Virus record (IMG/VR): IMGVR_UViG_3300032007_000015
Origin: a virus
Lineage: Duplodnaviria > Caudoviricetes
DNA: 64,000 bases
Reading direction: 5' to 3' (one strand)
Shown: piece by piece, positions 9,269 through 19,849 of the stretch
How positions within the stretch are numbered: the first letter of the stretch is position 1
Layout: the number at the start of each line of letters is the position of its first letter
Notes under the pieces: generated by a model
The model's database searches: none
Told to the model about the DNA's origin: nothing
The model's input: only the letters and a program-made list of their open reading frames with translations
Translations under genes and position numbers: made by a program

Positions 9269-11848
9269 TTAATCAGTAGATTCTTCGTTATTTGAATCTT
9301 CTGTCGTTTTGGTTTCTTTAGATGATTTATTTGATACATTTTCATCTAAATTTTCCATTGTAAGTATAATAGAGTTATCATCATTTATAGTCGAAGCATA
9401 CACATTAATATTTTTTGTATAATTATGAATATCTTCCATTATTCTATAATAGTCTTCTTCATTTTCATAATTTATACCTATATATTCTGTATTTTCTTCT
9501 TTAAGAATTGCTTCAACATCTTTAATGAACTGAAATCTTGCACTTTCTGGTTCATAATTATCATCAAAATATAGACCATTAATTTTTCCAAATGGTATCA
9601 AAATACCACTTGTGCCTGGCGAATAATATAAATATTATCTAGACTATATCTTCAACTCTTACATTCTTTTACCAAATATAAAAGTGCCTCCCGTTTCGGA
9701 TTGCTCCTACATTTCGTCATTATATGACCTACTCGCTTCGTGTAAGTATTTCAACTTACCTTATTTTCAATCTAGCTACTTTAATAAAGTATTTAAGTAT
9801 TTCTACTAACCTAGATGTCTAGCTTTCCCTAGTCGTTGAACTCATATCTTATCTAACTAAGATACTTCGTTGCGTCGATTGGCACTACACATAACTTTTT
9901 TACTATACCTTTGGAGTTGCCCATTGCCATTATTATATCACTATAATAATTTAGTAGTTATGCTTTTATGCTCGTTCCCGCAATTAGAGAGGGACTTATC
10001 ATATATATTTCTATATACGCAGACCACTGTCAATCTGAATTACCACAAACTGTAAGGTCTATATTTCCAATATATGATGGATGTGCTGCACGGTATTTTA
10101 TTCCTATACTATTAGTGTTTTTTCCACCTAATGAATGTGGTCCTTTAGTTGTATATTTAAAGTTTCTAAAGAACGTCATATCATTTATAGTATCATCATA
10201 TCTTAGGATCCCACTTGAATGCATCTTTTGAATTAACAACAAATATTATATTAATAATATTCAGACTATATCTTAATTATTATATTCTTTTACCAAATAT
10301 AATAAAACCTACCGTTTCGGATTTCTCCTACATTTCGTCATTATATGACCTACTTGCTTCGTGTAAGTATTTCAACTTACCTTATTTTCAAACCACCTGA
10401 ATATATATATATTCATTTAAGTATTTCTACTAATATGGTTGTCTAGCTTTCCCTAGTCGTTGAACTCATATCTTATCTAACTAAGATACTTCGCTGCGTC
10501 GATTGGCACTACACATAACCTTTTTACTATACCTTTGGAGTTACCCATTGCCACTAATTTGTCACTAAATTAGTTTAGTAGTTATGCTTTTATGCTCGTT
10601 CCCGCAATTAGATAGGTTTTAGGGCGACATGTGTCTATCGCCCGGAAATTTAAATACTTCTTTATATAAATCCAACGTTGCTTTATTTCCAAATGAAATT
10701 ACTCGATTAAGTTTCTTTGAAAATTCTTGTGTAATTAATGAAGCAACATACTCATTACAACGTATACGTTTATTACATAAATCCATATTATCTTTCTTTC
10801 GTAATTCATTGTATTCCATAGCCATCCATTTAATTATTGTATTTACATCTCGTGTATTTTCTCTATGCAATTTCAATACTCTATTTCTTGTTGTTTCATC
10901 TATAAGACGATTTAAGAAATTAAGTAATTCTTTTCCTTTATCAATATTATTATTACCTAATTTCTTTAACCAAATATCCTCTGAATCTAGTTTTTCATAT
11001 GTCAATCTATTAGTTGATAGAAATAGAAATGATCCAACTATTGATTGAACATATGGATATTTATCAAATATTTTTCGTCTTACTTTCATATATAGATTCT
11101 TAGATATTTGAAAATATATAAACTTTCTTTCATCTGATGGTTTATCGGATTCATCTTTTTCAACGTTATTAACAAAAGTTATTACTGCTGATGCATAATC
11201 AATTGCATATTGTAATGCTGAATAAGCACCATTACATAACCAGAATAATATTATTGGAATATCTGATTTGAATATTTCAATAGTATATACTGGCATCTGA
11301 AAATGCTGATTATATATGTCATCTTTTTCGACAACCTTACGTCTAACAGCAAAAGGCATTAAAGATTTAAGTATTACAGCATTTTTAGATGTATAAGTTG
11401 ATTTTTCAACCAACTGATATATCATATAATACTTTTTACCTTTTAAGAAATAACAACCATCTCGTTCATCTTTTATTGGTACTAAAAGAGATTTTGATAT
11501 TGGACACTTCTTTCTTTCAACCTCTCCAGTAGCTGGATTTACTTCATCAGCTTCTAATAGCATATGAAAAGTTAATAATCCGACTCTATCATCTGAAATA
11601 TATTTATATTTAAACTTTTCTTTTTTCTTTTTATTTTTCTCTCTTTTATAAACATATTTATCTTTATCTACTTCAGATTCCATCTCATTATATTCATAAT
11701 CGATGAATTTAATATTATCAATAATACATAATGATTTTAATGAATCAACGATATAATCAACAAGTGGTTTGTCACATTCTTTATTCATAAGCTTAACATT
11801 CAAATCTCTCTCAAATTCACTTGTTAATTTTCCCAATTGTCGTATCAT
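9269..11848 (-). CDS. Non-virion RNA polymerase beta subunit, N-terminal part; three exons 11848-10637, 10239-10033, 9619-9269 (about 589 aa spliced)
   Basis: YFLKGKKYYMIYQLVE, DLCNKRIRCNE, KYTTKGPHSLG, HPSYIGNIDLTVCGNSD|PGTSG; in-frame after removing two introns. Confidence 0.9.
9620..10032 (-). mobile_element. Group I intron (ORF-less), RNAP beta intron 2, 413 nt
   Basis: 5' exon ends in U with P1 CAGAU/GUCUG; core AAUUGCGGGAA, GUUCAACGACUA, AAGAUAUAGUC; terminal G; restores SD|PG. Confidence 0.93.
10240..10636 (-). mobile_element. Group I intron (ORF-less), RNAP beta intron 1, 397 nt
   Basis: P1 GGGCGAU/GUCGCCC; same core elements; terminal G; restores FPGD|LLIQK (3' site could be 3 nt further). 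Confidence 0.92.
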
Positions 11849-11909
11849 ATATTATTCTCCTTTCACCTAAAAAATAAGGGATGAACTAATAAATTCATCC
11901 CAGTTATTT

Positions 11910-12665
11910 TTATTCATATTTTGATGAAGACTTGATATCTGACTTAGTATCAAGTTTATCTTCAATCATTGGTGAGAACTCTATATCACTACCATTATCG
12001 GTTTTACGACAATATACATCAAAAGCCCCAGCAAAGTTAATCATAATTTCAAATGATTTTGAATCAATTAACTTAAGTTTCATTACATTAACCATAGCTT
12101 CATGAATAGTAACCCAAACAGGAATTATTATTTCAGGATTTCCTATGGTTAAATCTAACTCATCGGAACATACTTTAACTGCATTGACAGAAATCTCATT
12201 TATAATCTTTTTCTGTTCTTTAATATTCTTACTGTTCCACTGAACACATTTTTCTAATGAATTTTCTCCTGGTTCTTCTTCATTATTCGTATGACCGTTT
12301 AATTCCATTATATAAGGAACAAATGAACCCATCTTTTCGAGTTCTTCGTTCTTATCACCATCAGTATAACCAATCTCTACAATATTAGCTATATTAATTC
12401 GATATTCTGAGTTCTTCGCTCTTTTACTTAATAAAGTTTCTTTTATTACTCCATAAACTTTATTATAGTATCCTAATACTAATCTTGGAGATGAAAACTT
12501 AATCTTATACTTTCTATAAACCATATCAATTGCATGATTTGCAATCTCTATGTTTTCATTCACATCCTCATTAAGATTATCAGCTTCAAACTGATCTAAT
12601 TTTGTCATACTTGATTCTTTAGACATTCTAAAATCCTCCTTTAGTTTAGTTATTTTATAGTACAT
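11910..12665 (-). CDS. Hypothetical phage protein (likely start MSKES)
   Basis: Long ORF; AGGAGG SD before the internal Met. Confidence 0.75.
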   Translation of the reverse strand: MYYKITKLKEDFRMSKESSMTKLDQFEADNLNEDVNENIEIANHAIDMVYRKYKIKFSSPRLVLGYYNKVYGVIKETLLSKRAKNSEYRINIANIVEIGYTDGDKNEELEKMGSFVPYIMELNGHTNNEEEPGENSLEKCVQWNSKNIKEQKKIINEISVNAVKVCSDELDLTIGNPEIIIPVWVTIHEAMVNVMKLKLIDSKSFEIMINFAGAFDVYCRKTDNGSDIEFSPMIEDKLDTKSDIKSSSKYE

Positions 12666-12798
12666 TTTAAAGTGAAAAAATATTATTTATTTCTCACTTA
12701 CTATTAAATGATATATAAATATACCAATTAATATAAAAAACCTTTTAATGGTGCCCGTAGGCACCCACACCTTTTTATTAAGAGATGTGAAGGATAAC

Positions 12799-12951
12799 TA
12801 CTAAGATAAAATATTATGTACATACATTATTTATACTCTCACATTTTTAAATAAAATACACTATTTCGATATTCCCTTCAATATCATTAATCTTCAATTT
12901 GTATTTTATTTCCCCTACTCAAATATGTACTTAAATAATTTTATCTTAGTA
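12799..12951 (-). ncRNA. Candidate rod-shaped non-coding RNA
   Basis: 14-bp terminal stem, further nested stems and a central bubble in an intergenic region. Confidence 0.4.
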
Positions 12952-12999
12952 ATATATAAATAAAGCAGCTGAAATTAATCAGCTGCTTTATACCATAAA

Positions 13000-15168
13000 T
13001 TAATAATTGTTATTTATATATTCCTCTATTTCATTTATTGGAATAATTTTTGTTCCGTATTTTTTTGCTTTTTCTACAGAGTTAGATTCAGTATTTAATG
13101 TTGGAACAACTAATATATCAGTTGTTTTAGTCACATTATCATCAACCCTACCATTTTTACTTTTAATAAGATCTTCTATATCCTTTGATCTAATCTTTGT
13201 AAAACAAACAGAAAATCTAACTGGTTCCTGTTGGCTATGAATTACTGTAAGATTTTCTAATAGGAAATCAATAAGTTTAATATTTTCATTAATACCTTCA
13301 ATTATCTTATTTGCACTTGACTCTTCTATTCCCGGACAAGCTTTTAAGATAATAGTATTATGATTTTCACAAGCCTCAAGTAGCTCATTTAAACTAATCA
13401 TATCTAATATCTTTTTAAATTTCTTCTTAGATATTCCGTGTATACCAATAGAACCTAATAAAACATAATCATCAACTGTACTATGATCATCAATTTCTAT
13501 TAAAATATTATCAAGTAATGTTTCACCAAAACCCGGTAAATTTATAATTCCATGACGATTCTTTTCTAGTTTATATAAATCCTTTATAGATTTTAAATAT
13601 CCTGCATTATATAAATCAGATACTATAGCATATGATATGCCATCAATATTCATTTTTCTTAAATAATTTAGTATCTTTCCTTTAATTCTGCATGGACATT
13701 TTGAATTTGAACATTCTAAAATACCTGACTCAGCAGATTCTGATTCAGTAGATTTAATTTTACGATATGTTAATGGTTCACCACAATCTGGACAATTAGA
13801 TATTAATTCGAATGGTTTATTTCCACTTCTTTTACATTCAGGATCATTTTCATCGAATTCAAGATATGGAATAATATCATATCTTATTCTAACTATATCA
13901 TTTTTTGCAAGATTTAAAAACTTGAATCTAGGAATAGAACCTAAAGATATATTTTCAATTGTGTTACCTTTAAGTTTTATTGGTTTAATACAAGCAACTG
14001 GTGCTATAGTTCCAAATAATCCGACATTGAATTTAATATCTTTTATTTTACTATATCCTATCTCTTCAGTGAATTTGTATGCCACTTCATATTTATTTTT
14101 ATGATTCTTTCTTCCAAGAATTTTTTGTAATTCCTTGTTAATAATATAAATGACAGCACCATCACATCTTAAACCTTTTACATTTTTATGTGCTAATGCA
14201 AATGATTTAATTTTATCAGTTTCTTTTAGTTTACATCTAATAAATGGGTCTTTAAATACTTCATCTGCAAGTTCTTGCAATTGTTCATTGCCATTCTCAT
14301 CTATTACTGATGTTCTTAATTTTTGAATTTGCAATAAATTTACTCGATCATCAATTTCTTGAGAATTCAATATTGATATTACAATAGATCTCGTATTTTT
14401 ATAATCAGTATTATATTTCTTATTATAATACTCTAAGTCTTCATCATGACACATAATTTCAGTTTTTAATCCATATGTCACTTTAGATTCACCAGATGTT
14501 GGTATCTTAGATTTTATAGTTTGAAATATATGTGTTATGTTTTCGGCTTCATTTGTTTCTGTATACCCTCTTGTTAATGCCTTCTTCATTACATCATCTT
14601 CAATTTCAAATATACAAGAAACACCGTCCCATTTAGGGAAAACATAAACTTCCTCTTCCCATAAATCAACAGTTTTACCTGTTTTTTCTTTTATTGTATT
14701 CTCACTGGTTTTGACAAAATCTTGTAAGCTTCTTCTGCTAGGATTTGCCATAATTTCGTCTTCATCTAATGCATAAATTTTATCAAGTGTTCCCCTTAAA
14801 GAAGGATACTTATGATAATCTATTTTATTATTAGATAAAACTGGTGTTGAAACAACCTCTATATCGTTATTAGAAATTATTTCATATAATCTATCATAAT
14901 CACTATCAGATACTCCTGTATCAATTGAATCATAATTATAAATAGATTGTAATACCTTTATAATTGAATTTATAAGGTATAAATCTTCTTTATCTATCAT
15001 TTCTCTATTTCGAGATTTAGATAATAGAAATTGAATAGTATGTTGGACGTCATCTTGCTTGATAACTTCAGAACATTCTCTTATATTTTCTTTATTAATA
15101 TTTTCATTTAGAAAATCTATTTTAGAAGATACTGAAGTTAATTTATTTATTTCATCTAATATAGACAA
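13000..15168 (-). CDS. ligA: NAD-dependent DNA ligase
   Basis: KWDG adenylation motif, SDSDYDRL, DGAVI, AYKF, Zn finger CPDC..C..C, HhH, C-terminal BRCT. Confidence 0.95.
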   Translation of the reverse strand: MSILDEINKLTSVSSKIDFLNENINKENIRECSEVIKQDDVQHTIQFLLSKSRNREMIDKEDLYLINSIIKVLQSIYNYDSIDTGVSDSDYDRLYEIISNNDIEVVSTPVLSNNKIDYHKYPSLRGTLDKIYALDEDEIMANPSRRSLQDFVKTSENTIKEKTGKTVDLWEEEVYVFPKWDGVSCIFEIEDDVMKKALTRGYTETNEAENITHIFQTIKSKIPTSGESKVTYGLKTEIMCHDEDLEYYNKKYNTDYKNTRSIVISILNSQEIDDRVNLLQIQKLRTSVIDENGNEQLQELADEVFKDPFIRCKLKETDKIKSFALAHKNVKGLRCDGAVIYIINKELQKILGRKNHKNKYEVAYKFTEEIGYSKIKDIKFNVGLFGTIAPVACIKPIKLKGNTIENISLGSIPRFKFLNLAKNDIVRIRYDIIPYLEFDENDPECKRSGNKPFELISNCPDCGEPLTYRKIKSTESESAESGILECSNSKCPCRIKGKILNYLRKMNIDGISYAIVSDLYNAGYLKSIKDLYKLEKNRHGIINLPGFGETLLDNILIEIDDHSTVDDYVLLGSIGIHGISKKKFKKILDMISLNELLEACENHNTIILKACPGIEESSANKIIEGINENIKLIDFLLENLTVIHSQQEPVRFSVCFTKIRSKDIEDLIKSKNGRVDDNVTKTTDILVVPTLNTESNSVEKAKKYGTKIIPINEIEEYINNNY

Positions 15169-15268
15169 AATAGATACACCACCTTTCTTTTTTATATAAT
15201 AGTCCTTTAGAATATTCTAAAAGATGATATATAAATAAAAGGTAGTGTATCCATAATACTAAAAATTT

Positions 15269-15751
15269 TTAGTGTAGATAAATTATTCTTTGGTTTGATG
15301 AGCCTCTAAATTTTAGTGATATATCTTTAAGTTCCTCTATAAAAGGTCCATCAACCAAAACATCAATATTTTTAAGAATTTCTTCAGTGTCGTCAGTAAA
15401 GCATTTTCCTCCTGGGATTAAATCTTTATCATATAAATATCCAGTATAACACCAAATATTTTTTTCTGGAAATCTATTTTTAATTCTTTTTAAAAATGGA
15501 TTTATAACTTTCTGATTTTCAGGTTCAAACGGATCACCGCCAAGCAATGTTAAACCATCATAACACCAATTTGATAATTCTTCCATTATATTGTTTTCAA
15601 TTTCTTTCGTAAATTCATTTCCATAATTAAAATCCCACGTTTCTGGCTGAAAGCATCCTTTACAATGATTTCTACAACCAGAAACAAAAAGTGTTAATCT
15701 GACACCTTCACCATTAGCAATATCATAATATTTTATATTACAATAATTCAT
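15269..15751 (-). CDS. nrdG: Anaerobic ribonucleotide reductase activase
   Basis: NGEGVR, CRNHCKGC radical SAM motif, FRGSSNQRII. Confidence 0.97.
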   Translation of the reverse strand: MNYCNIKYYDIANGEGVRLTLFVSGCRNHCKGCFQPETWDFNYGNEFTKEIENNIMEELSNWCYDGLTLLGGDPFEPENQKVINPFLKRIKNRFPEKNIWCYTGYLYDKDLIPGGKCFTDDTEEILKNIDVLVDGPFIEELKDISLKFRGSSNQRIIYLH

Positions 15752-15764
15752 ATCATTTCCTTCT

Positions 15765-18282
15765 TTATAAATGTAATACCCTGTCTTTTATTTCCTGTGT
15801 TCTACCTTGATTCCAGAAATTTGTACCTATATCATAATCACCCCTACTTTCGTAGTATTTCAAAGGGATTGGACTATACCATAACTATATTAAATTTATA
15901 ATAATTATATAATGTAACAAAAATATAGATCTACTATTATAGTCTCTGAACGTCCATCCTCTTATATAAGAAATATAAGAGATGTTTCGCTGCGTTTGAT
16001 AGCCCCATTTATATGATGATGTTACCATACCGAAGCCGTTACTCTTCGCCATTATATCGTCACCGAAAATAACTTGGTTATCATATATTTCAGGGTTTCC
16101 CCGCAATTTAAGTAGTTTTACGTGGACTATATGTTTTTGTTAATCCACATGTGCGTCTTGCAACACTCATTTTATTCTGGTCAGTATTTCCACATTTAGG
16201 GCATTTCCAATATAATTTTTCATTTTCATCTTTTTCAATTACAATTTCTCCATCATAACCACAAACCTGACAATAATCTGATTTTGTATTTAATTCGGCA
16301 TACATAATATTTTCATATATGTATTGCATAACTTTTATTACAGCTGGAATATTATCGCTCATATTTGGAACTTCAATGTAACTAATAGCTCCGCCTGGAG
16401 ATAATTCTTGAAATTCACTTTCAAACCTAAGTTTATCAAATGCATTGATATTCTCTGTTACGTGAACGTGGTAAGAATTTGTTATATAATTTTTATCTGT
16501 TATTCCATCAATTATACCAAATCGTTTTTGCAAGCATTTAGCAAATTTATATGTTGTACTCTCGAGAGGTGTACCATATAAGCTAAAACCTATTGTTGTT
16601 TCTTCACGCCATTTTGCACAAGCATCATTCATATGTTGCATAATACTTAATGCAAAAGGTTTTGCATCTTTATCAGTATGTGATTTTCCAGTCATTGCTT
16701 TTACGCATTCATATAAACCAGCATATCCAAGTGAAAGTGTAGAATAATTATTCAATAATAATTTATCTATAGTTTCACCTTTTTTCAATCTTGATAATGC
16801 ACCATACTGCCATAAAATAGGTGCTACATCTGATGGTGTACCAAGTAATCTTTTATGTCTTGTCATAAGTGCTTTATAACATAAATTGAGTCTTTCATCA
16901 AATATGTCCCAGAATTTATCTTCACAACTATGTGTTGATTTATACTCTTCTGTCTCATTATTATATTCATTTTTAGCACTAAGTGCAACATCAACAAGAT
17001 TAATTGTAACTACACCTTGATTAAATCTTGAATAGAATTTATATTCACCATTTTCATCTTTATATGGTGTTAAGAAAGACCTGCATCCCATACAAGGATA
17101 AACATTTCCTTCTTTAAGTTTTTTTATTATTTTAGCAGAAATATAATCAGGTACCATTCTTTTAGCAGTACAAGTAGCTGCTAACTCAGTAATTTCAAAA
17201 TACTTACTATCAGGAGTAATATTATCTTCATCTAAAACATAAATAAGTTTAGGGAATGCTGGTGTGATATATACACCTTTTTCATTCTTAACTCCAAGAA
17301 TACGTTGTTGAAGCATTTCTTTTATAATCAGTACTAAATCATCTCTGGTTTGTCCTTCTGGAACTTCATCTATATACATAAATACTGTAATAAATGGAGC
17401 TTGTCCATTAGTAGTCATTAACGTTATTACTTGATATTGTATCATCTGAACACCACGTTTAACTTCTTCATAAACGTCGATTTCAACTAATTTATTAAGT
17501 TTCTCTTCGTCAATATCAATACCGAGATTTTCAAATTTATTAATTATATTTCTTCTAATTTTTTGTCTTGATACATTAACATATGGGGCTAAATGAGCTA
17601 ATGAAATAGATTGCCCACCATATTGACTGGATGCAACTTGTGCAATAATTTGTGTTGTAATATTACAAGCTGTTGAAAATGATTTCGGTGTATCAATATG
17701 TGTACCAGATATGACGGTACCATTATCAAGCATATCTTTTATATTAACAAGACAGCAATTAGTCATATATTGACTAAAATAATCAGCATCATGAAAATGA
17801 ATTAATCCTTTTTCATGTGCTTCAACTATGTCATTAGGTAATAAAAATCTTTTTGTTATATCTTTACTAACTTCACCAGCCATATAGTCACGTTGGACAC
17901 TATTTATAGTTGGATTTTTATTAGAATTTTCTTGCTTAATTTCTTCATTATTTCTTTCTATTAATGAAAGTATTTGTTTATCTGTGGTATTAGATTTACG
18001 AAGCAACTCGTGCTTATATCTATATAAAATATAAGCTTTTGCTAATTCATAAGATTTAGTCTCATTAATTATGGCTTTTTCAACCATATCCTGTATATCT
18101 TCTACAGTTGGTGAATGCTTTAAATTAAAGCATTCTTTTGTTACATCATTTGAAATAGCACATATTTCATTTTTTGATATTTGTGATTCAGGGTTAATAT
18201 CATTATTAGCTTTACTGATAGCAGTAATAATCTTACTAACATCAAAATCAACTTCAATACCGCTTCTTTTAATAATTTTCAT
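15765..18282 (-). CDS. nrdD: Anaerobic ribonucleotide reductase; exons 18282-16143 and 15832-15765 (about 735 aa)
   Basis: ATP cone, NCCL, MGCRS, TNSYHV; splicing restores RRTCG|YIGTNFWNQGRTQEIKDRVLHL. Confidence 0.97.
15833..16142 (-). mobile_element. Group I intron (ORF-less) in nrdD, 310 nt
   Basis: P1 UGUGGAU/GUCCACG; AAUUGCGGGGAA, GUUCAGAGACUA, GGUAUAGUCC; terminal G. Confidence 0.93.
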
Positions 18283-18344
18283 ATTGATTTACCTCCATTT
18301 TTTTGAATTTAATATATTGTCCATTATGGTAAAAAAATAAAAAA

Positions 18345-18869
18345 TTATTTTCCTGTTGAGCCAAGTCCACCTTCACCACGAACTGTACTTTTAAGTTCAC
18401 CAACTATATTAAACGCTGGTACTTCATATTTGATAAATAACATTTGTGCTATTTTATCACCAATATTAACAGTTTTAGGCTCATTGCTATGATTATGTAA
18501 TGCAACGATTATTTCGCCTCTATAATCTTCATCAATAACACCGATTTTATTTGCCGGTGCTAAACCACTATTAATAGATAATCCACTTCTTGCCGCAATA
18601 ATTCCAACATAACCTGATGGTATTTCCATACATATCCCTGTATGAAATTTTACAGTTTCGTTAGGATAAATATTTTTTTGATCAAGTGATACTAAATCAA
18701 CTCCAGCAGAACCAGAAGTAGCTCTAGTAGGAATTTTGATAACATTAGAATCTAGATATTTATCTAAAAATTTTATATTTATAGGTAAATAATTTTTAAT
18801 TAGGTTTTTAGTTGTTTGTACATTATTAGTTGTTAAGTCATTTGTAATAGTAATATTAGTTTTTTCCAT
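18345..18869 (-). CDS. dut: Trimeric dUTPase
   Basis: SAGVDL, ARSGLS, GVIDEDYRGEI, GDKIAQ, RGEGGLGSTG. Confidence 0.97.
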   Translation of the reverse strand: MEKTNITITNDLTTNNVQTTKNLIKNYLPINIKFLDKYLDSNVIKIPTRATSGSAGVDLVSLDQKNIYPNETVKFHTGICMEIPSGYVGIIAARSGLSINSGLAPANKIGVIDEDYRGEIIVALHNHSNEPKTVNIGDKIAQMLFIKYEVPAFNIVGELKSTVRGEGGLGSTGK

Positions 18870-18895
18870 TTTTTATATTTCCTTTCTTTCTATTT

Positions 18896-18928
18896 TAAAA
18901 AAATGTGAAAATGAATATAAAAAAAGAA
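18896..18928 (-). promoter_or_regulatory. Repeated 33-nt element containing TTTCACA-N6-TA (putative middle promoter); also at 22441-22473 and 24693-24725
   Basis: Near-identical copies upstream of dut, sbcC and the glycosyltransferase; same core upstream of recA. Confidence 0.7.
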
Positions 18929-18978
18929 TGGTATTCTGAAGAATTATTATAACTTCTTCAGAATACCTGTTTGGGAGG

Positions 18979-19218
18979 TTACTCAGAGTAACCTCCCAAA
19001 TAACCATAGACATCATTGACATTCTCATCAATGAATACCTCTTTTATATTGAACGTAATCCGTTCAGGATCACATTTAAACTGTTTTTCGGAAATACTCC
19101 TCCCGAAATTTCTTTACTTCTTCAGCTCTATCTAAAGAGCTGAAGACTCCAAATACGTGAATATAGGATCCATATGCATATGCATACACCATATATAATT
19201 TCGTATTTTTTTCTTCAT
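18979..19218 (-). pseudogene. Small gene with two compensating frameshifts in A-runs
   Basis: SD, ATG and final stop are in one frame, but the middle third is open only in another frame. Confidence 0.55.
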
Positions 19219-19322
19219 AATTTTACCTTTCTTATACAATATGATTTTTAGGTAATTTAAACTTTAATGAAATGTATCAAATACTATAAAAAATAAAAAA
19301 ATAAATTTCAGGGATAACCCTA

Positions 19323-19349
19323 GAGCAGTTTATAGACTTACTCAGGTCT
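19323..19349 (-). promoter_or_regulatory. Pseudoknot trailer type C, copy C1
   Basis: AGAC-CT-GAGTA-A-GTCT-ATAAAC-TGCTC just after the stop codon, followed by an AGGGTTATCCCT hairpin and T-rich tract. Confidence 0.8.
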
Positions 19350-19355
19350 CGAAGA

Positions 19356-19736
19356 CTACTGTGGGATGTAGTCTTCATTTTCTGGTAATTTCCTTAAGTC
19401 TTTCCACTTAACAAATCTCCTTAAGTCTTTCCACTTAACAAAGTGGAATTCTACTATATTACGACACCCAGAAGGATCTGGGTGTAATACACTGTCATTT
19501 ACAGCCATAATGACAGGCTTTTTGTCAGCAATCTTCAGGAACTGAGCCTGAAGATTGGAATTTGAGGGTGCGTCAATCGCAATGATGTCGCACTCATTAA
19601 TTTCGTCTGCGATTTCATACGCAGACGAAATTTTATTAGTTATATTATAAATAATAAAATTTTCCCCTTTTTTAACTAGGGGATTTAGTTGTCCTCTAGT
19701 TAGAGGACTTCTTCCATACCATAATATTTTCTTCAT
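19356..19736 (-). CDS. Accessory hypothetical protein (start MKKILWY), bracketed by B2 and C1
   Basis: SD after the leader; tandem duplication with 27-nt period near the C-terminus. Confidence 0.75.
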   Translation of the reverse strand: MKKILWYGRSPLTRGQLNPLVKKGENFIIYNITNKISSAYEIADEINECDIIAIDAPSNSNLQAQFLKIADKKPVIMAVNDSVLHPDPSGCRNIVEFHFVKWKDLRRFVKWKDLRKLPENEDYIPQ

Positions 19737-19753
19737 AATATCTTCCTTTCTTA

Positions 19754-19781
19754 TGCTCAGTTTAAAGTCATGAGCTGGACA
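19754..19781 (-). promoter_or_regulatory. Pseudoknot leader type B, copy B2
   Basis: GTC-CA-GCTCA-T-GAC-TTTAAAC-TGAGC before the SD; cassette promoter repeat at about 19795-19837. Confidence 0.8.
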
Positions 19782-19849
19782 TTTAATTTTTATTTTATTC
19801 ACAAAAATATTATATCAATATATATATAGAGTTTACGATTATACTTTCA

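Noticed and set aside
9870-10400. Short plus-strand ORFs at 9870, 9968 and 10215, and minus-strand ORF 15885-16106
   Set aside because: They lie in or opposite intron ribozyme cores and exons, with no SD or recognisable motif.
9269-11848. Fragmented RNAP, nrdD and terminase as pseudogenes or stop-codon recoding
   Set aside because: All breaks are explained by group I introns; TAA, TAG and TGA all terminate normal genes.
19391-19442. Tandem repeat with 27-nt period (and the 53-nt repeat at 44882/44984)
   Set aside because: In-frame intragenic duplications with no sign of a wider system.
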